Part shown: positions 30,031 through 39,959 of the stretch, in pieces
Layout of the letters: every line of letters begins with the position of its first letter
How positions within the stretch are numbered: the stretch's first letter is position 1
Source: Candidatus Spongiisociaceae bacterium
Lineage (GTDB): Bacteria > Actinomycetota > Acidimicrobiia > Spongiisociales > Spongiisociaceae
NCBI GenBank assembly: GCA_965202665.1
Contig: OZ241841.1
Location: 1,728,001 to 1,792,000, forward strand
Reading direction: 5' to 3'
Length of the DNA: 64,000 nucleotides
The notes under the pieces: generated by a model
The model's input: the letters and a program-made list of their open reading frames with translations, nothing else
The model's database searches: none
What the model was told of the DNA's origin: nothing
Position numbers and translations under genes: made by a program

Positions 30031-30314
30031 CGCGGCGGAGCATGCGGGGATTAGGCAGCGGAGGTTCCGTCTGGTGACATTTCTTGACCGCTGATTTCCA
30101 GTATCAGGACGTTTAAACATTTGGGTCAGGCGGGGGAGCAGCTGGGGCGGGAGCCGCGCGGGTTTCCCCGACCGGCGGTTGCGACGGGAAGTTCCAGCGT
30201 AGACGAGTTTCGTTACCAGGACTTCCGTCTGGTCGGTTACGATCCGCATGGGGCGTTGCGGGTTCCGATAGCGGTATGACCCGGCGGAACCCGGTGGAAC
30301 CGGGGGGGGGGGGG

Positions 30315-31076
30315 TCAGCGGGGGGCCATGCGGATGCCGCCGTCCATGCGGATGGTTTCCCCGTTCATATAGTCGTGGCGGATCAGAAACACCGCCAGCT
30401 CGGCGTATTCCTCCGGGGTTCCCAGCCGCTTGGGATGCAGCACCTGCTGCCCCAGCGACTCTTTGGCCGGTTCGGGCAGGCCCGCCAGCAACGGCGTGTC
30501 GATGATGCCGGGGGCGACGGTGTTGACCCGGATTCCCAAAGAGGACAGGTCGCGGGCGATGGGCAAAGTCATTCCCACTATCCCCCCTTTGGAGGCCGAG
30601 TAGGCGGCCTGCCCGATCTGCCCGTCGTAGGCGGCCACCGAGGCGGTGTTGACCATCGCCCCCCGGCTGTTGTGTTCGCCCGGCTGGTTTCCGGCCATGG
30701 CCGCGGCCGCCAAACGGATGGTGTTGAAAGTGCCGGTCAGATTAATGTCGATCACTTTTTGGAAATGCCGCAGGGAATGGGGGGTTCCGTCCCGGTTGAG
30801 GGTGCGGGAGGGCGGGCCGATGCCGGCGCAGTTCACCACCGCCCGGATTTCCGCCATCTCCGCCGCCGCCGCCACCCCGGCCGCAACCTCTTCTTCGTCG
30901 GTGACATCGCAGTGCACGAACGCCCCGCCCGCCTCCGCCGCCGTCCGTTCCCCCAGTTCATCGTTCACGTCCAAGACGGCCACTTTCATGCCCCGGGCCG
31001 CCAAAGCCCGCACCGCGGCCGCTCCCAGCCCGGAGGCCCCGCCGGTCACCACCGCCGCCGCTCCTTTGATTTCCAT
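30315..31076 (-). CDS. SDR, 3-hydroxyacyl-CoA dehydrogenase type II-like
   Basis: TGGASGLG, NCAGI, DGQIGQAAYSASKGG, NGETIRMDG. Confidence 0.93.
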   Translation of the reverse strand: MEIKGAAAVVTGGASGLGAAAVRALAARGMKVAVLDVNDELGERTAAEAGGAFVHCDVTDEEEVAAGVAAAAEMAEIRAVVNCAGIGPPSRTLNRDGTPHSLRHFQKVIDINLTGTFNTIRLAAAAMAGNQPGEHNSRGAMVNTASVAAYDGQIGQAAYSASKGGIVGMTLPIARDLSSLGIRVNTVAPGIIDTPLLAGLPEPAKESLGQQVLHPKRLGTPEEYAELAVFLIRHDYMNGETIRMDGGIRMAPR

Positions 31077-31153
31077 ATTCGGTTTCCTTTCCTCGCGCCC
31101 GGCGCCGCCGGGCCTCGCCCAATGTCCGCCCCTTACACTACCACCCCGTTTGC

Positions 31154-31171
31154 CTAACGAACGTTCGTTCG
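31154..31171. promoter_or_regulatory. PaaR-type (TetR) operator palindrome
   Basis: Perfect palindrome AACGAACGTTCGTT (31156-31169); CTAACGAACGTTCG fits the CNAACGNNCGTTNG PaaR consensus as recalled; adjacent to TAAAAT -10 (31173-31178). Confidence 0.75.
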
Positions 31172-31186
31172 CTAAAATAAGACCGT

Positions 31187-32158
31187 ATGACCACCGCGGT
31201 TAGTTCCGATCAACGGCGGGCGGAGGGCCCGGAAAGGTTCGCGGCCCTGCTGGCCGCCGACCGAAAAGTGGAGCCCAAGGACTGGATGCCGGAGGAATAC
31301 CGGGGCACGCTCATCCGCCAGATGGCCCAGCACGCCCATTCGGAAGTGATCGGGATGCAACCGGAGGGCAACTGGATCACCCGCGCCCCGTCCCTGTTGC
31401 GCAAAGCCATCCTGATAGCCAAAGTGCAGGACGAGGCGGGCCACGGCCTCTACCTCTACGCGGCGGCCGAAACCTTGGGGATAACCCGCGATCAGATGAT
31501 GGAAATGCTGCACGACGGCCGCCACAAATACTCCTCCATTTTCAACTACCCCACCCCCACCTGGGCCGACATAGGGGCCATCGGATGGCTGGTGGACGGG
31601 GCGGCCATCGTCAACCAGTTGATGCTCACCCGTTGCTCCTTCGGCCCCTATGCGCGGGCCATGATCCGCATCTGCACCGAAGAGTCTTTCCATCAGCGGC
31701 AGGGATTTCAGATAATGCTCGCCCTCAGCCGGGGAACCCCCGAACAGCGGGAGATGGCCCAAGACGCCCTGAACCGGTGGTGGTGGCCGTCGCTTCACAT
31801 GTTCGGCCCGCACGACGCCGACTCCGTCCATTCGCAACAGTCCATGGCCTGGAACATCAAACGCCAGTCCAACGATGAACTGCGGCAGGCTTTCGTGGAC
31901 ATGACCGTTCCCCAAGCCGACTTTCTGGGCCTGCGCGTCCCCGATCCCGACCTGGCCTGGAACCCGGAGCGCGGACATTACGACTTCGGGGAGATCGACT
32001 GGGAGGAGTTCTGGGCGGTGGTGTCCGGCGACGGCCCGCTCAACCGGGAGCGAATCGCCCACAAGCGGGCCGCCTGGGAGGAGGGGGCCTGGGTGCGGGA
32101 GGCGGCCGCCGCCTACGCCGCCCGCAACGGGGAGGCCCGGCCGCCGCGGGCCGCCTGA
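31187..32158 (+). CDS. paaA: Phenylacetyl-CoA epoxidase subunit A
   Basis: [35 protein letters not shown]. Confidence 0.97.
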   Translation: MTTAVSSDQRRAEGPERFAALLAADRKVEPKDWMPEEYRGTLIRQMAQHAHSEVIGMQPEGNWITRAPSLLRKAILIAKVQDEAGHGLYLYAAAETLGITRDQMMEMLHDGRHKYSSIFNYPTPTWADIGAIGWLVDGAAIVNQLMLTRCSFGPYARAMIRICTEESFHQRQGFQIMLALSRGTPEQREMAQDALNRWWWPSLHMFGPHDADSVHSQQSMAWNIKRQSNDELRQAFVDMTVPQADFLGLRVPDPDLAWNPERGHYDFGEIDWEEFWAVVSGDGPLNRERIAHKRAAWEEGAWVREAAAAYAARNGEARPPRAA

Positions 32159-32514
32159 TGGTCTACGAAGTCCATTCCCGACCCGGCGCCCCCCCGCCGC
32201 AAGAACCCACGGAGCCCGCGGAGGGGCGGGGAGGGCTGGGTTGGCCGCTGTGGGAGGTGTTCGTGCGCCAGCGGCGGGGCCTCCACCATGTTCACGCCGG
32301 CAGCCTGCACGCCCCCGACGCCGAAACCGCCCTGCGCAGCGCCCGCGACGTGTACACCCGCCGGGTGGAGGGCGTTTCCATCTGGGTGGCCCCTTCGGCC
32401 CTGATTACCGCCTCGGACCCGGAGGCGGCCCCGGAATGGTTCGACCCGTCCGCCGACAAGCCCTACCGCCACCCCACCTTCTACGACCTGCCCGACGAGG
32501 CGGGGCGCATCTGA
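32158..32514 (+). CDS. paaB: Phenylacetyl-CoA epoxidase subunit B
   Basis: WPLWEVFVR, GSLHAPD, ARDVYTRR.EGVSIWV, KPYRHPTFY. Confidence 0.95.
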   Translation: MVYEVHSRPGAPPPQEPTEPAEGRGGLGWPLWEVFVRQRRGLHHVHAGSLHAPDAETALRSARDVYTRRVEGVSIWVAPSALITASDPEAAPEWFDPSADKPYRHPTFYDLPDEAGRI

Positions 32515-33263
32515 TGCCCGCCGCCTTCGAATACGTTTTGCGGTTCGGCGACGACAACCTGATCATCGCCCAGCGGCTGTCGGAATGGTCTTCCCATGCG
32601 CACGACCTGGAGGAGGACATCGCCCTCTCCAACATCGCCTTGGACCATCTGGGCCAGGCCCGGGCCCTGCTGGCCTACGCCGGGGAACTGGAGGGGGCCG
32701 GGCGCTCCGAAGACCACCTGGCTTTCCATCGGGGGGAGCGGGATTTCGTCAACCTGCTGTTGGCGGAGCGCCCCAACCGGGATTTCGCCCACACCATCCT
32801 CCGGCAACTGCTTTTCTCCTTATACCAGGAACTGCTGTGGGAGGGGCTGGCCGCCTCCGCCGACCGCCGCCTGGCGGGCGTGGCGGGCAAAGCGGTAAAA
32901 GAGGCCCGCTACCACCGGGAGCACGCCGCCGCCTGGGCGGTCCGGCTGGGGGCCGGAACCGAAGAGTCGCACCGCCGGATGACCGAGGCCCTGGCCGCCC
33001 TGTGGCCGTTCACGGACGAGCCATTTGCGATGGACGTCCTGGACGGGGAGATGATCGCCGCCGGGATGGGGCCGGACATGGCCGCCCGCCGCCCGGCCTG
33101 GGCGGAGCGGACGGGGGCCGTTCTGGCCGAAGCCGGTCTGGTGGAACCCCCCGACCCGTACCGCAAATCCGGGGGGCGGCGGGGAATGCACGGCGAAGAG
33201 TTCGGTTTCCTGCTGGCGGAGATGCAGTTTCTGCCCCGGGCCATGCCGGAGGCGGTCTGGTGA
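32514..33263 (+). CDS. paaC: Phenylacetyl-CoA epoxidase subunit C
   Basis: GDDNLIIAQRLSEW, LEEDIALSNIALD, KEARYH, LLAEMQ. Confidence 0.95.
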   Translation: MPAAFEYVLRFGDDNLIIAQRLSEWSSHAHDLEEDIALSNIALDHLGQARALLAYAGELEGAGRSEDHLAFHRGERDFVNLLLAERPNRDFAHTILRQLLFSLYQELLWEGLAASADRRLAGVAGKAVKEARYHREHAAAWAVRLGAGTEESHRRMTEALAALWPFTDEPFAMDVLDGEMIAAGMGPDMAARRPAWAERTGAVLAEAGLVEPPDPYRKSGGRRGMHGEEFGFLLAEMQFLPRAMPEAVW

Positions 33264-33742
33264 GCGGCCCCCCGGCCGACCCGGCCCGGCGCATACGGGA
33301 GTTGCTGGCGGCCATCCCCGACCCGGAACTGCCCGCTTTGACCATCGGCGAGCTGGGTATTCTGCGGGAAGTCCGGCTGCGGGGGGACCGGGTGCGGGTG
33401 GTGGTAACCCCCACCTATTCAGGGTGCCCGGCTACCGAAGCCATCCGGGAGGACATCGCCCGGGCGGTACGGGAGCAGGGGCTGCAGCCGGAGGTGGAAA
33501 CCGCTTTTTCCCCGGCTTGGACCACCGACTGGCTCACCGAAGAGGCCAAAGCCAAACTGCTGGCCGCCGGCATAGCCCCCCCGGCCGGCCGAACAGGCGA
33601 TCCCGCCCCGCCTGCGGTGCGCTGCCCCCGGTGCGCGGGCGGGGAGACGAGGACGATCAGCCGGTTCGGCTCCACCGCCTGCAAGGCCCTGCTGGCCTGC
33701 CGGGAATGCGGGGAGCCGTTCGACTATTTCAAAGTCCACTGA
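33260..33742 (+). CDS. paaD: Phenylacetyl-CoA epoxidase subunit D
   Basis: PDPELP, TPTYSGCPA, PAWTTDW, CPRC, FGSTACKA, EPFDYFK. Confidence 0.95.
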   Translation: MSGPPADPARRIRELLAAIPDPELPALTIGELGILREVRLRGDRVRVVVTPTYSGCPATEAIREDIARAVREQGLQPEVETAFSPAWTTDWLTEEAKAKLLAAGIAPPAGRTGDPAPPAVRCPRCAGGETRTISRFGSTACKALLACRECGEPFDYFKVH

Positions 33743-34809
33743 TGCCGGCCCCGGTTTTCCACCGGTTGCGGGTGGCGGAAGTGGAACCTTTGACCGAAGA
33801 GGCGGTGGCCGTCACTTTCGCCGTCCCCGATCATCTGGCCGAAGAGTTCGCCTACCTGCCGGGACAGCACCTGGTCATCCGGGCGGAAATCGACGGGCGG
33901 GACGTCCGCCGTTCCTATTCCATCTGCGCCAACGCCAACACCGGCCGCTTGCGGGTGGGGGTGAAAAAGTTGGCGGGCGGGGCGTTTTCCACCTGGGCCA
34001 ACACCCGGTTGGCGGCCGGCCAAACCTTGCAGGTGGCCCCCCCGGTGGGGGAGTTCACCATCAAACCCGACCCCGGCCGGGCCCGCCATTACCTGGCCGT
34101 CGCCGCCGGCAGCGGGGTGACCCCCGTTTTTTCCCATCTCGCCACCGTGTTGGATACCGAACCGGACAGCCGTTTCACCCTCGTCTACGGCAATCGGGAA
34201 ACCCGTTCCGTAATGTTTTTGGAAGAGCTGCAAGCATGCAAAGACAGGTTTCCGGATCGTTTCCATCTCATCCATTTTTTCAGCCGGGAGCCGCAGCCGG
34301 TGGAACTTTTTTCGGGGCGCATCTCCCCCGACCGCCTGCAACGGCTGTTCAGCCGGGTGGTGGACGCCGATTCGGTGGACGCCTGGCTTCTGTGCGGCCC
34401 GCAACGAATGACCGCCGAAGTAGGGGCCTTCCTGCGGGAGCGGGGGATCCCCCCGGAGGACGTCCACAGCGAACTGTTCTACGAGGGGGAGGCGGCCGTT
34501 TCCCCCCCGCCCCTTAAGAATAAGGAGGGGGCGGCCCGGGTGGAGTTCACTTTGGACGGGCGGGCCTCGGCGGTTTCGGTGGACCCGGACGGCCCTTCCA
34601 TCCTGGACTACGCCTTGGCGGTGCGCCGGGAGCTGCCTTTCGCCTGCAAAGGCGGGGTGTGCGCCACCTGCAAGGCCCGGGTGACGGAAGGGGAGGTGCG
34701 GATGGACAAAAACTGGGCCCTTATGGAAGCGGAGGTGGGGCGGGGCCTGGTCCTCACCTGCCAGTCCCATCCGGTCTCGGAGCGGGTCGTTTTGGACTAC
34801 GACGTATGA
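33742..34809 (+). CDS. paaE: Phenylacetyl-CoA epoxidase reductase subunit E
   Basis: RRSYSIC, AAGSGVTP, LCGP, 2Fe-2S ACKGGVCATC...LTCQ. Confidence 0.95.
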   Translation: MPAPVFHRLRVAEVEPLTEEAVAVTFAVPDHLAEEFAYLPGQHLVIRAEIDGRDVRRSYSICANANTGRLRVGVKKLAGGAFSTWANTRLAAGQTLQVAPPVGEFTIKPDPGRARHYLAVAAGSGVTPVFSHLATVLDTEPDSRFTLVYGNRETRSVMFLEELQACKDRFPDRFHLIHFFSREPQPVELFSGRISPDRLQRLFSRVVDADSVDAWLLCGPQRMTAEVGAFLRERGIPPEDVHSELFYEGEAAVSPPPLKNKEGAARVEFTLDGRASAVSVDPDGPSILDYALAVRRELPFACKGGVCATCKARVTEGEVRMDKNWALMEAEVGRGLVLTCQSHPVSERVVLDYDV

Positions 34810-35357
34810 ACACCCGGGAGGACGTGGTGGCGGCCGCCGGGCGGATGTTCGCCCGCTACGGCTACGAGGGCACTTCCATGCGGGATCTGGGGCGGGAGGT
34901 GGGGCTGCTGGTGTCTTCCCTCTATTCGCACATCGGTTCCAAGCAGGATCTGCTGCTGGAGGTGGTGGCCCGGGGGGAGGAACTTTTCGGGGCGTCGGCG
35001 GAGCGGGCCCCGGCGGGGGGCAACGGCCGGGAACGTCTGCGGGGGTTGGTGGCCGGGCACATCGACGTGGCGCTGGACCACCGGGACGAGGTGCGTACTT
35101 TTCTAAACGAGGCCCGTTCGCTGGACGAAGAGCACCGGGCGCGGGTGGTGGAGGCCCGCAACCGCTATGAGGAAATCTTCCGGGAGGCCATCCGGGCCGG
35201 GGCGGGGGACGGTTCCCTGCGGCCGGATACCGATGCGAAGCTGACCGCCATTTTCCTGCTGTCCGTTCTCAACGCCCTGGACCGCTGGTTTTCCGAGTCG
35301 GGCCGCCTTTCCCGGCGGGAGCTGGCCGATGCGATAATGTCGTTCGCGGTGCGATAG
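34806..35357 (+). CDS. TetR family regulator (PaaR-like)
   Basis: GYEGTSMRDLG..SLYSHIGSKQDLL HTH; last gene of the paa operon. Confidence 0.88.
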   Translation: MNTREDVVAAAGRMFARYGYEGTSMRDLGREVGLLVSSLYSHIGSKQDLLLEVVARGEELFGASAERAPAGGNGRERLRGLVAGHIDVALDHRDEVRTFLNEARSLDEEHRARVVEARNRYEEIFREAIRAGAGDGSLRPDTDAKLTAIFLLSVLNALDRWFSESGRLSRRELADAIMSFAVR

Positions 35358-35370
35358 CGGGAGTAGGGCG

Positions 35371-35859
35371 GTGCCGGAGGAGACGGCGGTTTACACGGAC
35401 GGGGCCTGTTTGGGCAATCCGGGGCCGGGCGGCTGGGGATGGGTGGTGCCGGACGGCCCCTTTCGGAGCGGGGCGTGCCCGGACGCCACTAACCAGCGGA
35501 TGGAGTTGGCCGCCGCCTTGGAGGCCTTGCGGGAGGTTCCCCGCCCGACGCTGGTCATCAGCGACTCCACATATTTGGTGAACTGCTTCCGGGACGGATG
35601 GTGGGAGGGGTGGTTGCGCCGGGGGTGGCGAAACGCCAACCGCCGTTCGGTGGCCAACCGGGACCTGTGGGAGCCGCTGGTCGGACTGTACCGGGAGGGG
35701 GGAGTGCGGTTTCAGTGGGTGAAGGGGCATGGGGGCGACCGCTGGAACGGGGTCGCCGACTGGCTGGCGTTTCGGGCGGCGGCCGACGGGCGGGGAATGG
35801 CGGGCGAGCAGTGGCCGCCGCCGCAGTTCAGGCGCCCGCCCGCCGGCGATCCTTTCTGA
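35371..35859 (+). CDS. rnhA: Ribonuclease HI
   Basis: VYTDGACLGNPGPGGW, TNQRMEL, SDSTY, NRDLW, WVKGH, N..AD. Confidence 0.93.
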   Translation: MPEETAVYTDGACLGNPGPGGWGWVVPDGPFRSGACPDATNQRMELAAALEALREVPRPTLVISDSTYLVNCFRDGWWEGWLRRGWRNANRRSVANRDLWEPLVGLYREGGVRFQWVKGHGGDRWNGVADWLAFRAAADGRGMAGEQWPPPQFRRPPAGDPF

Positions 35860-35890
35860 AGGCCGGGGGCGCGGCACAAGCGGCACAAAG

Positions 35891-35920
35891 AGAACGCCCG
35901 CGGTTTCCCGCGGGCGCTCT
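35891..35920. terminator. Hairpin between convergent genes
   Basis: cgcccgcgg-tttc-ccgcgggcg stem-loop. Confidence 0.6.
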
Positions 35921-35944
35921 CCGGGCGGAGGAGGTTATGGGATG

Positions 35945-36949
35945 TTACGTCTCGGCGGCCTCGGAGTCGTCGTCTTCCGACCCCGCTTTTTCGTGTTCGA
36001 AGCCATCATAGTCCGGTTTGGTTTTTATGTGTCCGGAACCGTCGTCGTCCGACTTCATCTCTTCGTACTGGGCGAACAGTTCGGTGATGGAGTCGGCCTG
36101 TTCCCGGGTGATGACCTCGTCTTCCACCATGTCCGCCAGCATTTCCGCCGGGTTTTTGAAACTTTCCGCCAAGTCGGTTCCCTGTTCCATAATCCAGGCG
36201 GTGATGGCCGGGAGTTGCCCTTCGGAGATGATCCCTTCCGCCGCCAGCTTGCCGAACAGCGTGTCCCCGCCCCGTCGGTGATGCTTGCCTTTTTCCTTCT
36301 CTTCGTATTGGGCGAGCAGTTCGGTGATGGAGTCGGCCTGTTCCCGGGTGATGACCTCGTCTTCCACCATGTCCGCCAGCAACCCGGCCGGGTCTTCCAG
36401 CCCTTTCAGGGCGGCGGACTCCGTCTCCAGCCAGTCCAAGATGGCCGGAATCTGTTCTTGGGAGATGAGTCCTTTCTCCGCCAGTTTCCCCAGTTCCCGC
36501 TCGGCTTCGGCTTCCATCCGGGCGGCGAGGGCGTCCGCCTGTTCCCGGGTCATCACCCCGTCGGCCACTAATGCGTCCAGCAGTTCAGCCGGGGAATCAT
36601 AGGAGGTGTTCCAGTCGGGCCCTTGGTCGGCGAACCAGTCTTTGACGGCCGACATCTGTTCCCGGGCCGCCCCGCCTTTCTTAACGAACCCCCACCGTTG
36701 GAACCCGGAGTCCCGCAGGCGATGACGGTCGCCCGCCTCATCGCCTTCATCATCGGCGTCGCCCTCATCGCCTTCATCGTTGTCAGCGGCGACTACCGCC
36801 GCGCCGAATACGGCGGTGGCCGCAGTCCGGGCGCCGTCGCCGTCGCGGTCGCCGCTGCGGGCCACTGCCACCACCGCAAACAGGGCGATCACGGTCAGCA
36901 GGCCGACCGCCATAGTCAACATCTTTTTCATTCCGGTTTTCCTTTCCAT
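35945..36949 (-). CDS. Secreted/membrane-anchored hypothetical protein with internal helical repeats
   Basis: N-terminal hydrophobic helix; repeated LADMVEDEVITREQADSITEL; ~80-bp near-identical DNA repeat at 240-bp period (36059-36140 / 36299-36380). Confidence 0.75.
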   Translation of the reverse strand: MERKTGMKKMLTMAVGLLTVIALFAVVAVARSGDRDGDGARTAATAVFGAAVVAADNDEGDEGDADDEGDEAGDRHRLRDSGFQRWGFVKKGGAAREQMSAVKDWFADQGPDWNTSYDSPAELLDALVADGVMTREQADALAARMEAEAERELGKLAEKGLISQEQIPAILDWLETESAALKGLEDPAGLLADMVEDEVITREQADSITELLAQYEEKEKGKHHRRGGDTLFGKLAAEGIISEGQLPAITAWIMEQGTDLAESFKNPAEMLADMVEDEVITREQADSITELFAQYEEMKSDDDGSGHIKTKPDYDGFEHEKAGSEDDDSEAAET

Positions 36950-37002
36950 CGCGCCGATCGAATTCCGATCGTGCGCCCAGCATCCTTCCCCAACCTTTTA
37001 AT

Positions 37003-37035
37003 AATCTGAAAGGAATCTAAGAATAATCTAAGAAA
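37003..37035 (-). promoter_or_regulatory. OmpR/MprA-type direct-repeat box
   Basis: Three 11-bp-period repeats; minus strand TCTTAG-n5-TCTTAG-n5-TTTCAG upstream of 35945-36949. Confidence 0.65.
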
Positions 37036-37100
37036 AACCATACGCCGCCCACAGGCAACCCCCGCCGGGGTTAATTAGGAGAAGGCGGTAGGATGCGGAC

Positions 37101-37796
37101 ATGTCGCGGGCCGATGTGGAGCAGATTCTCGCCGCCGCCGAATCCCGGCTGGCGGACGACCCGGCCGCCGGTTTGGCGGGAACCGGTTTCTGGTCGGCCG
37201 TGTCGCAGGTCAAACGGGACCCGGAGCTGGCCGCCGCCTACGCCGACCGCATAGCGGCGGTGGACCGGGAGGCCTTCCAAAGGTGGGCTTTCCTGGTCAT
37301 CCCTGTGGGCGCGGGCACGACACTGGCGGTTCTGGGCGCCCTGCTCGGCCTGGGCTTGACCGCCCTCGCTTATTACGCGGACGACCCGTGGAACGGATTA
37401 TCGCTGTTGGCCGGCATGGGGGCCTTGCTGGTTTCCACCCACGGCCTGGCTCATCTGGCGACGGGCCGGGCGGCGGGCATCCGCTTCACCCACTGGTTCA
37501 TCGGAACCCCGGGGCGGCCCCAACCGGGGGTGAAAACCGACTACGCCTCCTACCTGGCCGCCCCCGCCCGGCGCCGGGCCTGGATGCACGCCTCCGGGGC
37601 CATCGTCACCAAAATCATCCCTTTCGCCCTCATCCCGGCGGCGGCCGCGGCCGCAACCCCCGGCTGGACGATGTGGCTGCTGTTTCTCGCCGGAGCGGCC
37701 GGGGTTTTCACCGACGCGGTCTGGTCGGTTCGCATCTCCGACTGGAAGAAGTTCCGCCGGGAAATGTCCTACGCCCGCCGCCCCCAAGCGCCGTAG
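37101..37796 (+). CDS. Hypothetical membrane protein
   Basis: About 4 hydrophobic helices; HGLAH motif; host-like codon usage. Confidence 0.75.
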   Translation: MSRADVEQILAAAESRLADDPAAGLAGTGFWSAVSQVKRDPELAAAYADRIAAVDREAFQRWAFLVIPVGAGTTLAVLGALLGLGLTALAYYADDPWNGLSLLAGMGALLVSTHGLAHLATGRAAGIRFTHWFIGTPGRPQPGVKTDYASYLAAPARRRAWMHASGAIVTKIIPFALIPAAAAAATPGWTMWLLFLAGAAGVFTDAVWSVRISDWKKFRREMSYARRPQAP

Positions 37797-37806
37797 TCAT
37801 ACCGGG

Positions 37807-39204
37807 TCATACCGGCAGGGTGAAGCCCACTTCCGCTCCGCCCTCCGGATGGTTGCGGGCGTGCACCCGGCCGCCGTGCCTTTCCGCCATGTCTTTCACG
37901 ATGGCCAGGCCCAGCCCCGACCCGGGCAGGGATCGGGCTTCCACCGCCCGATGGAAACGGTCGAAAACGTAGGGCAGGTCCCGGTCGGGAATGCCCGGCC
38001 CGCGATCCCGCACCACAAGTTTCCCGTCCGCAAGAATGATGTCCACCGGCTGCCCCGGCGGACCCCATTTGAGGGCGTTGTCCACCAGATTTTCCACCGC
38101 CCGCTGCAACGCCCCCGGCCGGCCCGACAGGGCCGCCCCTTCGCCGGTCACCCGCACCGGCCGCTGCCCGCGCCGGGAGGCCCGTTCCGCTACCTGGACG
38201 GCGATGGTGCGCAGGGCCACCGGCGCGGTCGGTTCGTCCGCTTCCTGGGCGGACTGCTCGGAGGCCAAATCCACCAGTTCGGTCACCAGGGCGGCCAGCT
38301 CCCGTATTTCGTGATGCACATCGGACAGCAACCGTTGCCGCTCCGCCGGTTCCAGCTCGTCGACCCGTCCCAGCATTTCCACGTTGGTGCGCAGGCTGGT
38401 GAGGGGGGTGCGCAGTTCGTGGCTGGCGTCCTGCACCAACCGCCGCTGCTGGTCGCGGGAGTCGCGCAGGGCGGCGATCATGCTGTTGAAACTGTCGGCC
38501 AGCCGCCCCGCCTCCCCGGAGGCCCGGGCGTCGATCGGCTCCAGCAGCTCCCGGGTTTGCGCCACTTCTTCCGCCGCCCGGGTGAGGATTTCCATGGGCC
38601 GCGTCACCCGGCGGGCGATCAGCCACCCGCCCCCTCCGGCGGCGGCCGCGATGAGCAGGCCGATGAAAAAGATGCGGCCGCCCAGGATGGCCGCCACTTC
38701 CCGCTGTTCGCTCACATCCCGGGCGATTTGCACCACCGAATCCCCGGTGGCCAAGATGGTCAACATCCGGTAGGGGACCTCGTCCGCCTCCACCCAGTCG
38801 AACCGATGCGGAACCGGATTGCTTCTGGTCGGCTTCTCCGGGTAGAGAATGGGCAGCTGGGGCGTCCCCCCCAGTATCACCAGGGGCTTGCCCGTTTTCA
38901 GATCCGACCAGCGGAACACCGCGTCCGGCCCGATCAAAATTTCGGCGATCCCCAAAAAGGGATCCTGGTCCCGGTCCCGCCCGTCCCGGATTTGGATTTC
39001 AACCGGGTTGTCCGCATCCACCAGTTCCAGCAGTTCGGCGAAGGAGAAGGCCACCGCCAGGGCGGCGGCCCGTTCCTGTAAGAAGGAGTCGGTTTCCGAA
39101 TCCAAGGCGCGGCGGGTGGTCACGAAGGCGGCCGACGCCACCAGCAGGGTCGCCAGCGCCGCCCCGCCCGCGAACAGGAGAACGAATTTCCAGCGCAGGC
39201 TCAT
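37807..39204 (-). CDS. Sensor histidine kinase (MprB-like)
   Basis: 2 TM + [43 protein letters not shown]. Confidence 0.93.
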   Translation of the reverse strand: MSLRWKFVLLFAGGAALATLLVASAAFVTTRRALDSETDSFLQERAAALAVAFSFAELLELVDADNPVEIQIRDGRDRDQDPFLGIAEILIGPDAVFRWSDLKTGKPLVILGGTPQLPILYPEKPTRSNPVPHRFDWVEADEVPYRMLTILATGDSVVQIARDVSEQREVAAILGGRIFFIGLLIAAAAGGGGWLIARRVTRPMEILTRAAEEVAQTRELLEPIDARASGEAGRLADSFNSMIAALRDSRDQQRRLVQDASHELRTPLTSLRTNVEMLGRVDELEPAERQRLLSDVHHEIRELAALVTELVDLASEQSAQEADEPTAPVALRTIAVQVAERASRRGQRPVRVTGEGAALSGRPGALQRAVENLVDNALKWGPPGQPVDIILADGKLVVRDRGPGIPDRDLPYVFDRFHRAVEARSLPGSGLGLAIVKDMAERHGGRVHARNHPEGGAEVGFTLPV

Positions 39205-39884
39205 CGGTCCCTCAACACGTAGCCCACGCCCCGCACGGTATGGATAAGGCGGGGCTCCCCTTCCCCTTCCACTTTGCGGCGCAGGTAGCCGATGTAAACA
39301 TCCAGCGAGTTGGAGGTGGTTTCAAACCCGATGTCCCAGATGCGCTGGTAGATGAGGTCCCGGTCCAGCACCACCCCGGCGTTGGACATCAACAGCTCCA
39401 GCAGGTCGAATTCGGTTTTGGTGAGGTCGATGAGGCGCTCCCCGCGGCGGGCGCGGCGGCTTCTCATGTCCAGTTCCAAATCCTGATAGCGCAAAACTTC
39501 GGCCAGGACGGAGTCGTCGCTGCGCCGCAACAGGGCCCGGATGCGGGCCAGCAGTTCGTCTAAGGCGAAGGGTTTGGTGAGATAGTCGTCCGCTCCGGCG
39601 TCCAGCCCCGCCACCCGGTCTCCCACTTCGTGGCGGGCGGTGAGCATCAACACCGGGGTGCGGTCGCCCCGGGAGCGCAAAGTCCGGCACACGGACAGGC
39701 CGTTCACATAGGGCATCAGCACATCCAGGATGATTAAGTCGACCCTGTTCCGATCCAAAGCGGTCAGCGCTTCGGAACCGTCGGCGGCCAAAGCCACCTC
39801 GTAGCCTTCCAGCCGCAACGCCCGCCGCAACGCATCCCGCACCGCCCGGTCGTCCTCCGCGATCAGAATTTTGGTGTTCAACAT
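39201..39884 (-). CDS. OmpR-family response regulator (MprA-like)
   Basis: [42 protein letters not shown]. Confidence 0.93.
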   Translation of the reverse strand: MLNTKILIAEDDRAVRDALRRALRLEGYEVALAADGSEALTALDRNRVDLIILDVLMPYVNGLSVCRTLRSRGDRTPVLMLTARHEVGDRVAGLDAGADDYLTKPFALDELLARIRALLRRSDDSVLAEVLRYQDLELDMRSRRARRGERLIDLTKTEFDLLELLMSNAGVVLDRDLIYQRIWDIGFETTSNSLDVYIGYLRRKVEGEGEPRLIHTVRGVGYVLRDR

Positions 39885-39906
39885 GACGCCAGGTTACAAC
39901 CCGACT

Positions 39907-39923
39907 CTAAGAACAAAATGAGA
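39907..39923 (-). promoter_or_regulatory. MprA-like box upstream of the response regulator
   Basis: Minus strand TCTCAT-n5-TCTTAG; same hexamer and spacing as 37003-37035. Confidence 0.55.
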
Positions 39924-39959
39924 AACCCCGCCCCGCCCGCGGCCCCCGAAGCGGGGGTT

